DNA of 64,000 nt, from positions 496,001 to 560,000 of the forward strand of contig JAMWBK010000008.1 of the NCBI GenBank assembly GCA_029953675.1, written 5' to 3'. Under the pieces are notes generated by a model. The model did no database searches and was not told the origin of the DNA. It was given only the letters and a program-made list of their open reading frames with translations. Shown piece after piece: positions 1 through 10,933 of this stretch. The stretch's first letter is position 1. Each line of letters begins with the position of its first letter. Source of the DNA: Rhodosorus marinus CCMP1338. Lineage: Eukaryota; Plantae; Rhodophyta. The position numbers and the translations under genes were made by a program.

Positions 1-35
1 ATGAGTGGTTTTGCCTTTTTGGGTGCTCGGTGAGT

Positions 36-209
36 ATGGAGGACGTTCGGACTGAAGCGGAGCGTCGTTGTAAGAAACGTGCGTGTGAAATACAGGCTTG
101 CCTCAAAAGGAATAAATACCAGCAGGACCAATGTAAACGGGAGCTGGACGATTACTTCTCCTGCGTGAAGAAGGCGGAAAAGCAGCTCTCGGAATCTTCG
201 TTGAAATAA
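36..209 (+). CDS. CMC4: Cx9C-motif mitochondrial protein (CMC4/MTCP1NB-like), 57 aa
   Basis: Manual translation MEDVRTEAERRCKKRACEIQACLKRNKYQQDQCKRELDDYFSCVKKAEKQLSESSLK* has the C-x4-ACxIQxCL-x2-NxY-x4-C pattern of Cmc4. It is below the length cut-off of the ORF track. Confidence 0.8.
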   Translation: MEDVRTEAERRCKKRACEIQACLKRNKYQQDQCKRELDDYFSCVKKAEKQLSESSLK

Positions 210-279
210 GTTTTGGACGCGGTGGCTCTCCTTCGCTTTGCTTTTTTGGTTTACGCATTGTTATGTACTTGAACAGCTG

Positions 280-930
280 TTAGAATTCAATATCAGAGTC
301 TTCTTCTCCTTCGCCGGCTTGATCGACCGCATTGGCCAACTCAGTGCCATCACCCTCCACGGTATCCTCTTTCGCAGGATTATCCCCTTCCTGGTCTCCC
401 ACTCGCTGCCTAACTAGTTCGAGTATTGAGCGCTGAGTTCTTCGCTCTAGCTTTTCTAGTTTGCTAGATAAGTCTCGTTTCAAATCCCAGTTTGGCTTCT
501 TCGGAGCAAGTTTGTTCTACATAAGAGTTCGTTCGTTGGAGTCGACAGATGGATATCATAGTATTAAAACACAAAGACATGGTTTTCAGAAGTTGCATTT
601 CGTCTGGAAAGTTTTGCGGCGCTATACGACTCACCAAATCCTTCGACGCGACCAGCAGTTTCTCATTACACTCCATGATGATCTTCTCCTGTGCAGATAA
701 CACCTCTTGCACAATTTCCTCGGGATCCTTTGGCTTTTCGTAAACTTACATTAAAACAAATAAGAGACGATCAAAGAAAAGTAAATTTAGCAACCAAAAG
801 AAAACACTTGATATATTAGCACCTCAGTCCATTGGGTTCTACACTCACGTTTCCTCAGGCCCTCGTCCCGCGGTAAATAAGTCCGAAATCTCAATCGCTT
901 CGGCGGACTAGACTCCATAGCAGTAGACAT
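280..930 (-). CDS. CWC18: Splicing factor Cwf18/CCDC12, multi-exon
   Basis: Exons encode LRFRTYLPRDEGLRK (~850-900) and LAPKKPNWDLKRDLSSKLEKLERRTQRSILELVRQR (~400-510). The start ATG is at 930 or 918. Confidence 0.85.
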
Positions 931-1127
931 TCCAGTTCAGCCAGAGGTAGGAAGATCCGTCTGCCTCGTCATTCCCCCCCATCCACTTCAAACCGTTTGC
1001 TACGAAGCACGAGAGCGTATGTCTCTTTTCCCGCTGGACATCTCCTCATTGTAAAAATCCGGAGAGGAAGCTCCATCGTTGTTACTTTTTGAGCTGGGGG
1101 GTTTGTCAAACTGCAGAGGCAGAACTG

Positions 1128-2537
1128 TCAGATGCAGTGTTGGGAGGAAAACGCTTCTGATACTTTCTCTGGAAGGTAATTTTCGACGAGAAAGTCGTCT
1201 CCGTATGCCTGGCATGGAAGATGTGGAAAGATTCGTTGAACTGTAGGATGCATTGTAGATATCGGGCTGCGTTTCTTTGGCTTTTAGAGGATCTTCCTTA
1301 CAGAAAGTGCCTCGAGCTCTAACTTCTGGGCCGATTCATGGAAGAAAGCGATCGCAGACTTGATTGCGTCTCTACCAGTCGTTACAAGTCTCTGATCCTG
1401 TTCGGGGGTTGTTTTGAGTTCAAAAAACTCGTCTGGTGGCGTTTCTGGTTAATGCATTCGTTTTCTTTGGTTCCATCCATACGCTGAAAAAGCTCTCCAG
1501 GCTCTTGACTAGCTGTTTCTCGCGCTCGGTGATGTGTAGCCAGAATTGACTGCCGAGATCTTGATGTTCTATGGGATTGACTCCGAGCCAGATTATCCTG
1601 CCGAGTTTCGGACATCTCTATCAGCAAAATAGTCACGATCGAAAACCGTTCTCCAGCCTGAACATACTGCGATCCAAGGAATGGCGGCATAAAACACCGT
1701 GCTATGTCGAGTCCATGCGGATCTCCATCCGTAAGGAGAAAGAAGGGAAGCCTGTGTCCTCTTCTCTCGGTCTCGTCCCTTATGAGTCTCAGGAGCTCCA
1801 ATGTGGAAACATTGGGATAGCCTTGCTTGGATGCAACAAAGGGAAACTGAGCAGACCGAAATCAATGAATCGACCAGACCTTCAGCAGCTAGTACCTTTG
1901 GCCGTGACAAGCACCGCTCCATGCTGCACGTCAAATCTTGATCTTGCTAACTTGACAAATATGGTTTCCTTCTCAACTATCTACTCGAGGTTCATGTTAT
2001 TCACACCAAGGTACTTAGCCGAAAGTAGACTAATCATCCGCACCCAGTCGAAAGCTTGGGACATTGCCGTACGAGAACATAGTTTGCGGCCAGCTGGAGC
2101 GCCCTGATCCTCAGCGGACGGGCCGGTATGAAGCACCCAAGCGAAGGAAATTTGAAAGCGTCTACAAAGTTTCCATTTTCGTCCGTCCAGGAAATGGCTC
2201 CTAGAACCCTGCCTCTGGAGCTTGCAACAATGTTCAGGTCGTTGCGCGCGAAGTTGAGCATTTTGGCGACCGTTTCAAGCGTTTGGTCGGATGCGCGCTG
2301 ACACTTGAACAACTTGACGTTCGTGTAGTATAAATCCCTCTTGGTAATCGTCTGGGACTGATCGACCAGCTCAAATACAGACGCAAGGACATGCAATAAG
2401 CGAGCAAGGGATAAAGACTTGTATCCATGAAAACCCTCCTCGATCGCGCCAAGGACAAGGTTTTCAATCGCCAACATCACTCCTTGACGCCGTTCCGCAA
2501 TATCTACAGACCGACTTGGAACCTTCAAAAATAACAT
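1128..2537 (-). CDS. SPO11: Spo11/Top6A family topoisomerase-like protein, multi-exon, meiotic Spo11-like
   Basis: Motifs TKRDLYY (catalytic Tyr), IVEKETIF, TAK|GYPNVST, TOPRIM LTDGDPHG, KLELEAL, and a last exon AYGDDFLVENYLPEKV...HCI* with the stop at 1128-1130. The 5' end is uncertain. Confidence 0.9.
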
Positions 2538-3125
2538 GACTGCTCCAGGAGTCTGTAGAATCTAGTCAAGGCCTGCAGATCCTGTGCTTGTCCCATAATC
2601 TATCTTGCTCACCAAAACTTAACCCTCGAACCAGAATCTCAATCGACGGCTTCCACAAGATGGCTCCTCGGTAAGCTCCGCGTCGTCCCCATATACTTAT
2701 GCGCCGCTTCTCAGAATCTCTAAGGTAACATTGGATAGCCATGAGACCCGTGCCCGGCCAAGGAGAAACTATGAAAATATTAACAGAAGCGCCTGAACAG
2801 CGGTCAACTCTGGTATCATGGGCCAAAGCACTCTTGGCCCATGAGATAAAAAAAGGAACATCAGCCTAATTTAGGAAACCGAGCTTTGGTTAGAATGAAG
2901 ATGCTGCTGAGGGGATTTTTAGGCAGTAGTCGTTTTTTTCACGCAGTCCTAAGGAATCTGCTCCAATAGCCAAAAGAGTGGAACAAGAAGAACATCTTCG
3001 GCTGCCACATCGTCGTGTTGATCAAACCTCGTAGTTAGTTGTAGTAGTTTGCAAATGCGGTTCGAAACACGAAATTTCGCTACCTTTTCAAAACGGGCGA
3101 GTTTAAATCAACGCAACTCCGTTCC

Positions 3126-5171
3126 TCAGCTCGTTGACTCCTCGATTCCCTCCTCGAGGGAGACGGCGTTCCCCTCACGGGTCATGTAACCTTTCATCTC
3201 CGCTGGATTTCCGTATACGAGTGCAAACGGCATCACGTCCTTCGTTACCACTGACCCGGCGCCGACAAAAGCATAGCTAATGGGCAAATCGCAAGATGAC
3301 ATAGTTTTAGGGCTAGGCACAGCTTGGAGCTGTCGAGAATAGCGCGAAAGTCATCTACGAACCTCCCAATCTCTACACCGCATACAATTGTCGAATTTGC
3401 GCCAATGGTAGCCCCTTCGTTAACGGCAGTATGCATGAACTCATCTCTTCGGATAACCTCGCTCCGCGGGTTCTTTACGTTCGTGAAGACAACACTCGGT
3501 CCAACGAATACGTTATCAGCCAGGGACACGCCGTCGTAAACCGAAACATTGTTCTGAACTTTGACATTCTTCCCAAGAACGGCTTTGCTAGCAATATACA
3601 CATTCTGACCTATATTACAGTTGTCACTGCAACCGAGAAGATCCCACAGACGTTCCTTAAGTACATATACCACTCAACGAGACCCAGCTATTCGGTCTCC
3701 ACTACCGTGAGAGACCGTGCAGGCTTGCTGGCGATGTTCGTCAGCAAGTCTGCACGCTGAGGAAGTGCTGGGGAAAGTATCCTACTACTAGACAAGCCTT
3801 ACCCAATAACTGCACCGGGCATCACATGCGAAAAATGCCATATCCTCGTGCCGTGACCTATGACAGCTCCTTCATCTATTACAGCTGTACTGTGGCTCTT
3901 ATATCCTGGGCTCGGTAAAGAAATGTCCGTTGTTTGAGACTTCCCAACCGCAGAGTCACCACTGTTTGACGGAGGCAATCCGGTTTCAAATGTTGCAAGC
4001 GATCCTCTGGCGTTCGAGGACTTGGCCGCGTCCAGTTGTTTCTGTGCTTTCTCCAAAACCCAGAGTACATCCAGCGCCTCGTCGGAATTGGTCAGTGGCT
4101 TTTCTCTATCTTTGCAGCGGTCCAGGAAGTGCCTGACCTCAACTGCTAGCGCCCTCTCTCCGTCCGCGGAGAGCGTCGGAGTAGAATAACCATGTTCCAA
4201 TTTGATCGCCACGGGACTGGGCTTGGGCTGCTCCGCAGTTGGCTGTGTTGCGGCGTATCTGAACACCTTGAGCTGTTCCTGCAACGGCTTTGCTGCATCA
4301 TAGACGATGAAACCTTCCGTTCCGATGATCACCATCTCTCGGTGCAAATAAGGGTGCAGCCAGCTGACGCTGATTGTTGCCGTGCGGTCACCTGGATGAC
4401 GAGGGAACCGGCGGTAAGCCTTTCAAGTCGACAGGAAACCGTGAGGCTTTGGGGAAGGAGAAAGCACACCTTCAAAGCCGAGATTGAGGGAGACAAAATC
4501 CTCTACGTTTCCCAGAAGAGCCTGTCCTGTACAGGTCACTTTTGTTGCCCTTCCACCGAAAATTCTTGAGGCTAATGAAATATCGTGAACTGCCAGGGAC
4601 CACAGAGCGTTCTCATCCGCTCTGACAGTGCCAAAGTTCAGTCTGTTTGACTTCAAGTGCTTCGGATCTCCGATTGCGTTTGAAGATAACAGATCCAGGA
4701 GCTTCTGCACTGCCAGATCATAGTTTAGGATGTGTCCAACCTGAAGTACAATCGAGCAGCGACGCAGTCTCGATCAGCGATGTGCAAAGTGACGATGCTC
4801 AGAACTATGTTACGTGTTACCATTAGAATGGACCCCTTCTTCCTCTCAAGATTCTGCAGCTCAAGCCCCTCATTCTCGCTTAAGCAAAGCGGCTTCTCGA
4901 CGAAGACGTCCTTTCCCAATTCGAGGGCTTCAGATGCTATCTTGAAGTGCGTTTTCGCTGGAGTCACGACTAACACTGTCTTCACTGAGTCGCTCTCCAA
5001 TGCCTTGCGGTAGTGGTTCACACAAGACAACCCTTTAGCGCTCCAATCGACCAGCCGCGAATCGTCTGAATCACAGACAATCAATTGATCGCCAAAGCCC
5101 AGGTCTACCAGCGTCCTCACATGGTTCTTCCCAAACCTGCCAGCGCCGATCACAAGAATATCGCCTTCCAT
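3126..5171 (-). CDS. Fusion of a Gfo/Idh/MocA oxidoreductase (WbpB/WlbA-like) and a hexapeptide-repeat N-acetyltransferase (WbpD/WlbB-like), 4 introns
   Basis: N-half: [60 protein letters not shown]-half: [32 protein letters not shown]...[13 protein letters not shown]...[42 protein letters not shown]...GNPA. The two domains are joined inside one exon (ORF 3799-4347). Confidence 0.88.
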
Positions 5172-6198
5172 GCTTGTCCTTCTCAAGACCTAGAAACTCT
5201 AGTCTCTTTGTTAGGAGCCAATCGTCCCGTGAACGGATCCAGCCCATTCCCAGTTTCCCACGTGCGATCTCTTATAGACTCAACATGGGACGCTGTCCCG
5301 AAAACTGTCCCAGTTTTGTCCCATTCTCGTCCCGTTCTCGTCCCATTTTCTGCTTGGTGCACCATAAGTTCTTTCGCGGACAGGGTCGTCACACTATGGT
5401 TGTGTCACGTTGGTCTGCTTTTTCGCTGACTACGACGGTACAGAAGTGGGCAAACCGTGAAGATCCACGAGAACACACTAACGACAATAGTATCAATCAC
5501 CATGGACTGTGCCAAGAAGAGTTGGTGAAGTGGTCAAAAAGGTTGTAAAGAGCTTTGCTTCGAGAGGAATATACTCGCAACCACTACACTGATGCGAGGC
5601 GCTGCAGCTCGGTCAATGCGGTAACTGAAGGGATTCCAGTGCGTTGCGGCGATGTTAGGCTCTGCGCTTCGCGATGATGCATTGCTCTACCGGTTTGGTA
5701 ACCACAAATCGCAATATCCATTTCACTCCGAACTGACGACGCCCTTTTAAGTCTCTCTCTGTTAAACAATCTCGCCACCCCCACTCATCATCGAGTGCTT
5801 TGGTTTAGTTGATAGTGTAGGTTCTAGTTGGCTTCGTGGGCTCTTTCCGTACAACCCGGGGCGTCTTGACAGCCTCCTCACGGAGCTGTCCTTGACCCTC
5901 TGGCGTTCCAACGCGGCTTTATTGTTGGACGCGCGGCATCAGCGTCTTGTTTCTCGCTTCTCAGGATAGTTCGGCTCTTAATAAACGGATGACGGATGAT
6001 GATGGTACATTAGATCTCCCAATGTTGGTAGAAGCAGATCCTCCCACAGAGAGTATCAGGGATCTTCTGAATCAGCGGATGATGATGACGATGATGATGA
6101 TGAAGATCGGAGGCAACGCTGCTTTATTGTTGGACGCACGTCATCAGCGTCTTGTTTCTCGCTGCTCAGGGTAGTTAGGCTCTGAATAAACGGATCAT

Positions 6199-7031
6199 CG
6201 GAATTTGTTGGGCAGCGGGGGTCTCAGTCAGGTACGTGACGCAGGCGAGTCTCCGAATTCGTGGGTTTGTCTCAGGGTTGAAGTGTCTGTGTATCACAGA
6301 GATAGCCTGTAGGATTTCTCCCTTCAGGGAGTCCGCAGAGCGGAGTAGATGTGGGTTTTGGGGCACATACGACAACTTCTCGGAGTACCGCTTGCTGATC
6401 AACCGCTGTCGGCGCGCTGCTCCACGTGCCGCACCACCCATGACGCCTACGGGTATCAACTGCTCCACCGCTGCCCGAGCTCCATACGCATGCGCGTCCA
6501 TCGCCACCACGAGTTAGTGACAACCGTCGCGCGACTGTTGCGAGAGTGGTGTTGCGAGGATGTCCTCGTCGAGCCCGGCCTCATGAAAGAGGAATGAGGA
6601 CCAGCCCCATCCAGCACCTGATACTCAGGCGACATACCCTAGGACGTACCGGACGCTCTTCTTCGATGCCGTGGTCACCAGTCCTTTCCGGACACACACC
6701 CTGCAAAGATCCGCCAATCGCACTGGCCATTCCGCCGACACTGCCGCTCAACGAAAAACCACAAAGATCCGCCAATCGCACTGGCCATTCCGCCGACACT
6801 GCCGCTCAACGGAAAACCAACAACTACCGCGCCGCCGTCACCGACCCGGAGGATTTCATCCCGATAGCCATGGAAACATATAGACGACTCGCCACTCACA
6901 CGATGACCGAACTTCGCAGCCTCACCAGGCACCTTGACTCCGACCGCAACGTCCTCAACAGAGCCCTCGCCTCGATTAACCGGACCCTGTGGAGGGGCAA
7001 TGCCTGGAGTGGCCTTAATAGCTTTAGGTAG
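6199..7031 (+). mobile_element. Family 2 RLE retroelement 3' fragment with an inverted 5' part
   Basis: + strand: IRQLLGVP...CSTCRTTHDAYGYQLLHRC...RHHEL, LFFDAVVTSP, FIPIAMETY, RTLWRGNA, ending at (TAGG)n. Bases 6199-6365 are the reverse complement of sequence like 7560-7716. Confidence 0.8.
6704..6819 (+). repeat. 58-bp tandem duplication inside family 2 RLE
   Basis: CAAAGATCCGCCAATCGCACTGGCCATTCCGCCGACACTGCCGCTCAACG... starts at 6704 and again at 6762. Confidence 0.9.
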
Positions 7032-7137
7032 GTAGGTGATGATCCGTAGGTAGGTAGTGTTACGAGGAGTCACCTGGCGGTGACGTCCCGTTCCCTATCG
7101 TAGGACACCCACCCGGGGTTGTTAGTTTCTCAATAAA

Positions 7138-7800
7138 GGGGGTGGGGTGTGTAGCATCCGCCACGGTTCTTTCTTGCCGTACACCTACCTCTCCGTCGTG
7201 CATAATCCCGGAATCGGGAGTCCTAGCAATTGTCGTATATTCAGGTGCAGGCCCTTACCACTCAATTTTAATGGCTTACAAATACCGAAGAAGTCTGGCC
7301 CGAGAAGCCGAATACATTTGGAGCGAATCATAGACTGTCTACAAACAGCCCCTACCGAAGACTTGGCAAGAAACAACCCTACATGGCAGCAGGTCGCCCT
7401 CCCCTGCAGGAGGGGAGGCCTTGGATTCTGCACTCGAAGACGTGTCAAACCCATTGCCTTCTACACGGCATAGATACACACCTTCCAGGAGAACCAAGGC
7501 TACTGGCCACACGTCAAAGCCTGCAAGAAAGAACCGTGGCGGATGCTGCACACCCCACCCCTAGAAGCCCACATCTACTCCGCTCTACGGACTCCCTGAA
7601 GGGGCAAATCTTACAGGGTAGCTCTGCGATACAGAGACACGTCAACCCTGAGACCAACCCACGGAGCTCGCCTGCGTCACGAACCTGACTGAGACCCCCT
7701 TTGTCCAACAAATTCCTAACCAGCCCTGGTGAAGCATGGTTCCATCCAAATTGTTTTCACCGGCTGGTCTCTCATTCCCTGGTCGACCCCGAGTACAGAG
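7138..7800. mobile_element. Family 2 post-RT fragments in mixed orientation
   Basis: + strand WQQVALPCRRGGLGF (thumb motif). - strand LHLNIRQLLGLPIP. Bases 7138-7178 are an inverted copy of 7522-7561. Confidence 0.7.
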
Positions 7801-7852
7801 CTCGAATCATCATCATTCATTTATTCAGAGGTAAGAGCGAGAGACAAGACCC

Positions 7853-10838
7853 TCATCGCTTGCGCAGGAGGTTTTCTTTTCTTTTGGATTTCCTGCTTAT
7901 GGAGGTGGCCGACCATCCTCAAGCCGCACTTGCTTGGAAGCTTTTGTTTGTTTTTCCTCGGCCAGTGCTCACGGTCTCCCAGGGGCACGATGCATGTCCA
8001 ATTAGACGCAAAGTTCAATCTTTTCTGGCGGGGGACTTTGCTTTCTTAGAATCTTTATACCTCGCTAGTGTCTCTTCTTCCTCTTCGTGCGGAACTTCAC
8101 CTTCTTCTCGTTCGCGTGGGCAGGTACGGGCAAAGGCAGCAGTGGCACAGGGGGATATTCGGCGTGGGGCGGCCATCCTCCAGCAAGGCGCTTCAGTCGA
8201 GCCGTATCGGACTGACCTGGCTGATCCAGTCGCCGCGTTGTTCCCTGCGCGCGACGTGAGTTGGAACTCTGAGTTCCAGCGTGTCTTAGATCCTTTTGTC
8301 GATTCCTCACGCGGTAGGGGTCGGTTGCTTGTTCGGCCGGATGAGGTTCTGGCTCTGCTTAGGCCCTCCCCGAAAGGTCGTGCACCTGGTCCCTCAGGAC
8401 TCCGGGTCGAACTTTTTCACTGGTTGGGTGAAGAAGGGCTGGACGTCCTTGCGCGGGTACTGGAGGGTCTTGTCAATGGGGACGGTTTTTGCGTAGAGGC
8501 CTGGGCACTATTGTCGCGCTCTCAGCTGGTCCTCTTGCCCAAGCCTGGACATTCAGACCAGACACCTTCCCTTCGGCCAATCGGGATGTGCGAAGCATTG
8601 CGAAAGCTGGCGAGCCGCTTTCTATCGCGTCAGCTCACTAGGGAGGCCAGGGTTTTTTTTGGGTTGACCCAGGTCGGTGTCGGCTATTCAGGTGGCTGTG
8701 AACTGGTGACGCGTATCCTGCAGCTGGACGGTCTCCGCGATGAGCCCTTGGGCACGCTTTCTCTGGATTTCGCCAAGCCGTTTACCAGTGTGTCTCGTGC
8801 ACACGCGCTTGAGGTAGTTCGTCAGCTTTTCCCCTCTGGCTTCCCGTTCTTACGCCGCGTATATGGTGAAGCGCCGAACGGGCCCCGATTTGTCACCTTG
8901 GGTGCCGAGAGCCACACTTTTGCGGCTCATACGGGTGTGCAGCAGGGCGATCCCTTAGGGCCGTTCCTGCACGCCTGTGGATTGCAACTGGTGCTGTTGC
9001 GGCTGAAACATCAGTTGATGATGATCAGTTCCCGCGGGTCCGTGCGGTCGTTTTCCATGACGTTGTGACGCTTCTTGGCACTCCCGACGACCGGCCTACG
9101 ATTTTCTCGGCGAGGTGGCTTCCTTGGTGGGGCTGCGTATCAACCACGCCAAGTGCGACTTCTGGGCGGGGTCTCACTCTCACTGCACCGCGGACGCGGT
9201 TCCATCCAGGTTCCGAGATATTTGGCGAGCTGAGGGCTTCCTTCTGTTCGGTGTCCTCGTAGGCACTCGATATTTGTTGAACGCAGCCTTTCCGCGCTCC
9301 TGAGTCATCATGATGAGCTCCTGACTGAGCTGTGCAGTCTCCCAGAAGGGTACCTCCAGACCGCTCTGCTCACCTTCCGGTTCAGCGCGTGCCAGAGGTT
9401 GACCTATTTTTTGCGGCAGCTACCCTCCGAGTGGGGGCTTGGCTGGCGCTCCGCGCAGACCGAGGAGCGAGGGACGTGCTAGGCACGCTGATGGATGCTG
9501 AGCTATCTGTTTTGGGGGATGCAGAAAAGGACGTCCTTCACCGGCAGATCGCGTTGCCCGTGCGGCTGGGCGGGCTGGCTGTGGGATCTTACGCGGCGAT
9601 CCAGCCGGCGGCTGTAGTGAGTTCGTGGGCCAATGCGCTTAATACATGGTCTACGGAGTGTGATCCGCATGTGAGTGGTTTGTTGAGTGGACTTCGGGTT
9701 GGGCGGCTGGACGGGACTCTCGCTCCACGGCTTGGGAGGGTTTTTGCGGAACTGGTGGCCGCTTTCAACAATGTACCGCCCTGCCGAGTGGTACCCAGGC
9801 TCGTTGCGATTCCTGGGCGGCAGTTCTTGACTCCCTCGGTGGCCAGCGTTCGGGAGTCTCTGCTACAGCACCGTGTGTTGGAAATGGTGTAGAAACTGCC
9901 GAGGATATTGACGCCGTGGCTGTGCCGTCGAGACCGCCAGAGGAGGGCGTTTCCCGGTCGGGTCCGGCCCCTTCGAGGACCGATGTAATCCAAAAAACCC
10001 TTTCGTGGGACATACACCGCGACTCGTATGCCACCCTTCTGAGTTGTCTCAGCTCCCTTTTCTTCGCGGTCATACCTGCGTATCCGCGGTTGGCGCTTAC
10101 CGATCTCGAACTTCGTGTAAGCTTACGACTTTACCTGGGCTTGCCGCAACCCCCTTGGCCTGTTGAGCGGGATTCTAGATGCGCATTGTGCGGGGCCAAT
10201 GTGCCGTGGGGTGATTACGGTGCGCATCTGTTGGCGTCTTGTGCGGAGGTTCAAGGGGCCCGGACCAGACGCCATACGCGGCTCAACCGCTTGTTGCTCC
10301 GCTACCTTCGTTCTCAATCACTCGGTACGGACCGAGAAGTGAAGTATGAGGTCGCTCTGGCGGTGGCATCGGAAATTGCTGATGAGAGTGACGCCCCAGC
10401 GGTACAGCGGGTGGCGGATCTCGTTGTGACTGACCTCAATGCGCGTCGCAGTGAGTACATTGACCTCTCCATGCCTTGCCCTCAGGCGACCAGGTACCTG
10501 CCTGCGTCGGCTCGGCGTCGAGGAGCTGCAGCTCGGTCCATGCGGCAAGTGAAAAAGTCGCAGTACGCGGCAGCGATGTCAAACCCTACCTTTCGCGATT
10601 CGGCGGTGACATACCGGTTCATCCCCCTCATTATTGAGTGCTTTGGCTTGATAGATAGTGTAGGTTCTCGCTGGCACCGAGCTCTGTTTCGCAACGACCC
10701 GGGGCGTTTAGATAGTCTGCTCACGGAGCTTTCTTTGACACTGTGGCGCTCCAATTCTGCTTTGTTTGTGGAAACGCGTCATCAGCGTCTTGTCTCTCGC
10801 TTCTCAGGGTAGTTAGCCTCTGATTAAACGGATCATCA
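7853..10838 (+). mobile_element. Near-complete family 1 CRE-like element (RT-CCHC-RLE), 5'-truncated and frameshifted
   Basis: RT motifs GRAPGPSG, LRPIGMCEALR, TQVGVGYSGGCE, LSLDF, GVQQGDPLGP, GLRINHAKC, LPVRLGGL. Then CALCGANVPWGDYGAHLLASC, RHTRL, VADLVV..EYIDLS..VKKSQY, FIPLIIECFG. The stop lies ~12 nt before the terminal signal and GGATCATC. Confidence 0.93.
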
Positions 10839-10873
10839 CGAACTGATGATGATGACGCGCGTCTACAAACAAA

Positions 10874-10933
10874 GCAGCATTTGACTGTCACAGGCAGCAT
10901 TTGACTGTCACAGGCAGCATTTGACTGTCACAG
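10874..10933. repeat. 3 x 20-bp tandem repeat inside a minus-strand family 1 fragment
   Basis: GCAGCATTTGACTGTCACAG occurs three times. Other copies of the element have a single related unit. Confidence 0.95.

Noticed and set aside
3126-5171. Bacterial contamination or an operon for the wbp-like and panD genes
   Set aside because: Both are interrupted by canonical spliceosomal introns and are flanked by eukaryote-specific genes.
7023-7057. TTTAGG/TAGG as an interstitial telomere
   Set aside because: The run is only ~30 bp, sits at an element 3' end, and is not TTTAGGG-type.
7060-7075. CTCCTCGT on the minus strand as the L3 loop of an HDV-like ribozyme
   Set aside because: I could not find a matching P3/P1 pairing or J4/2 motif by eye.
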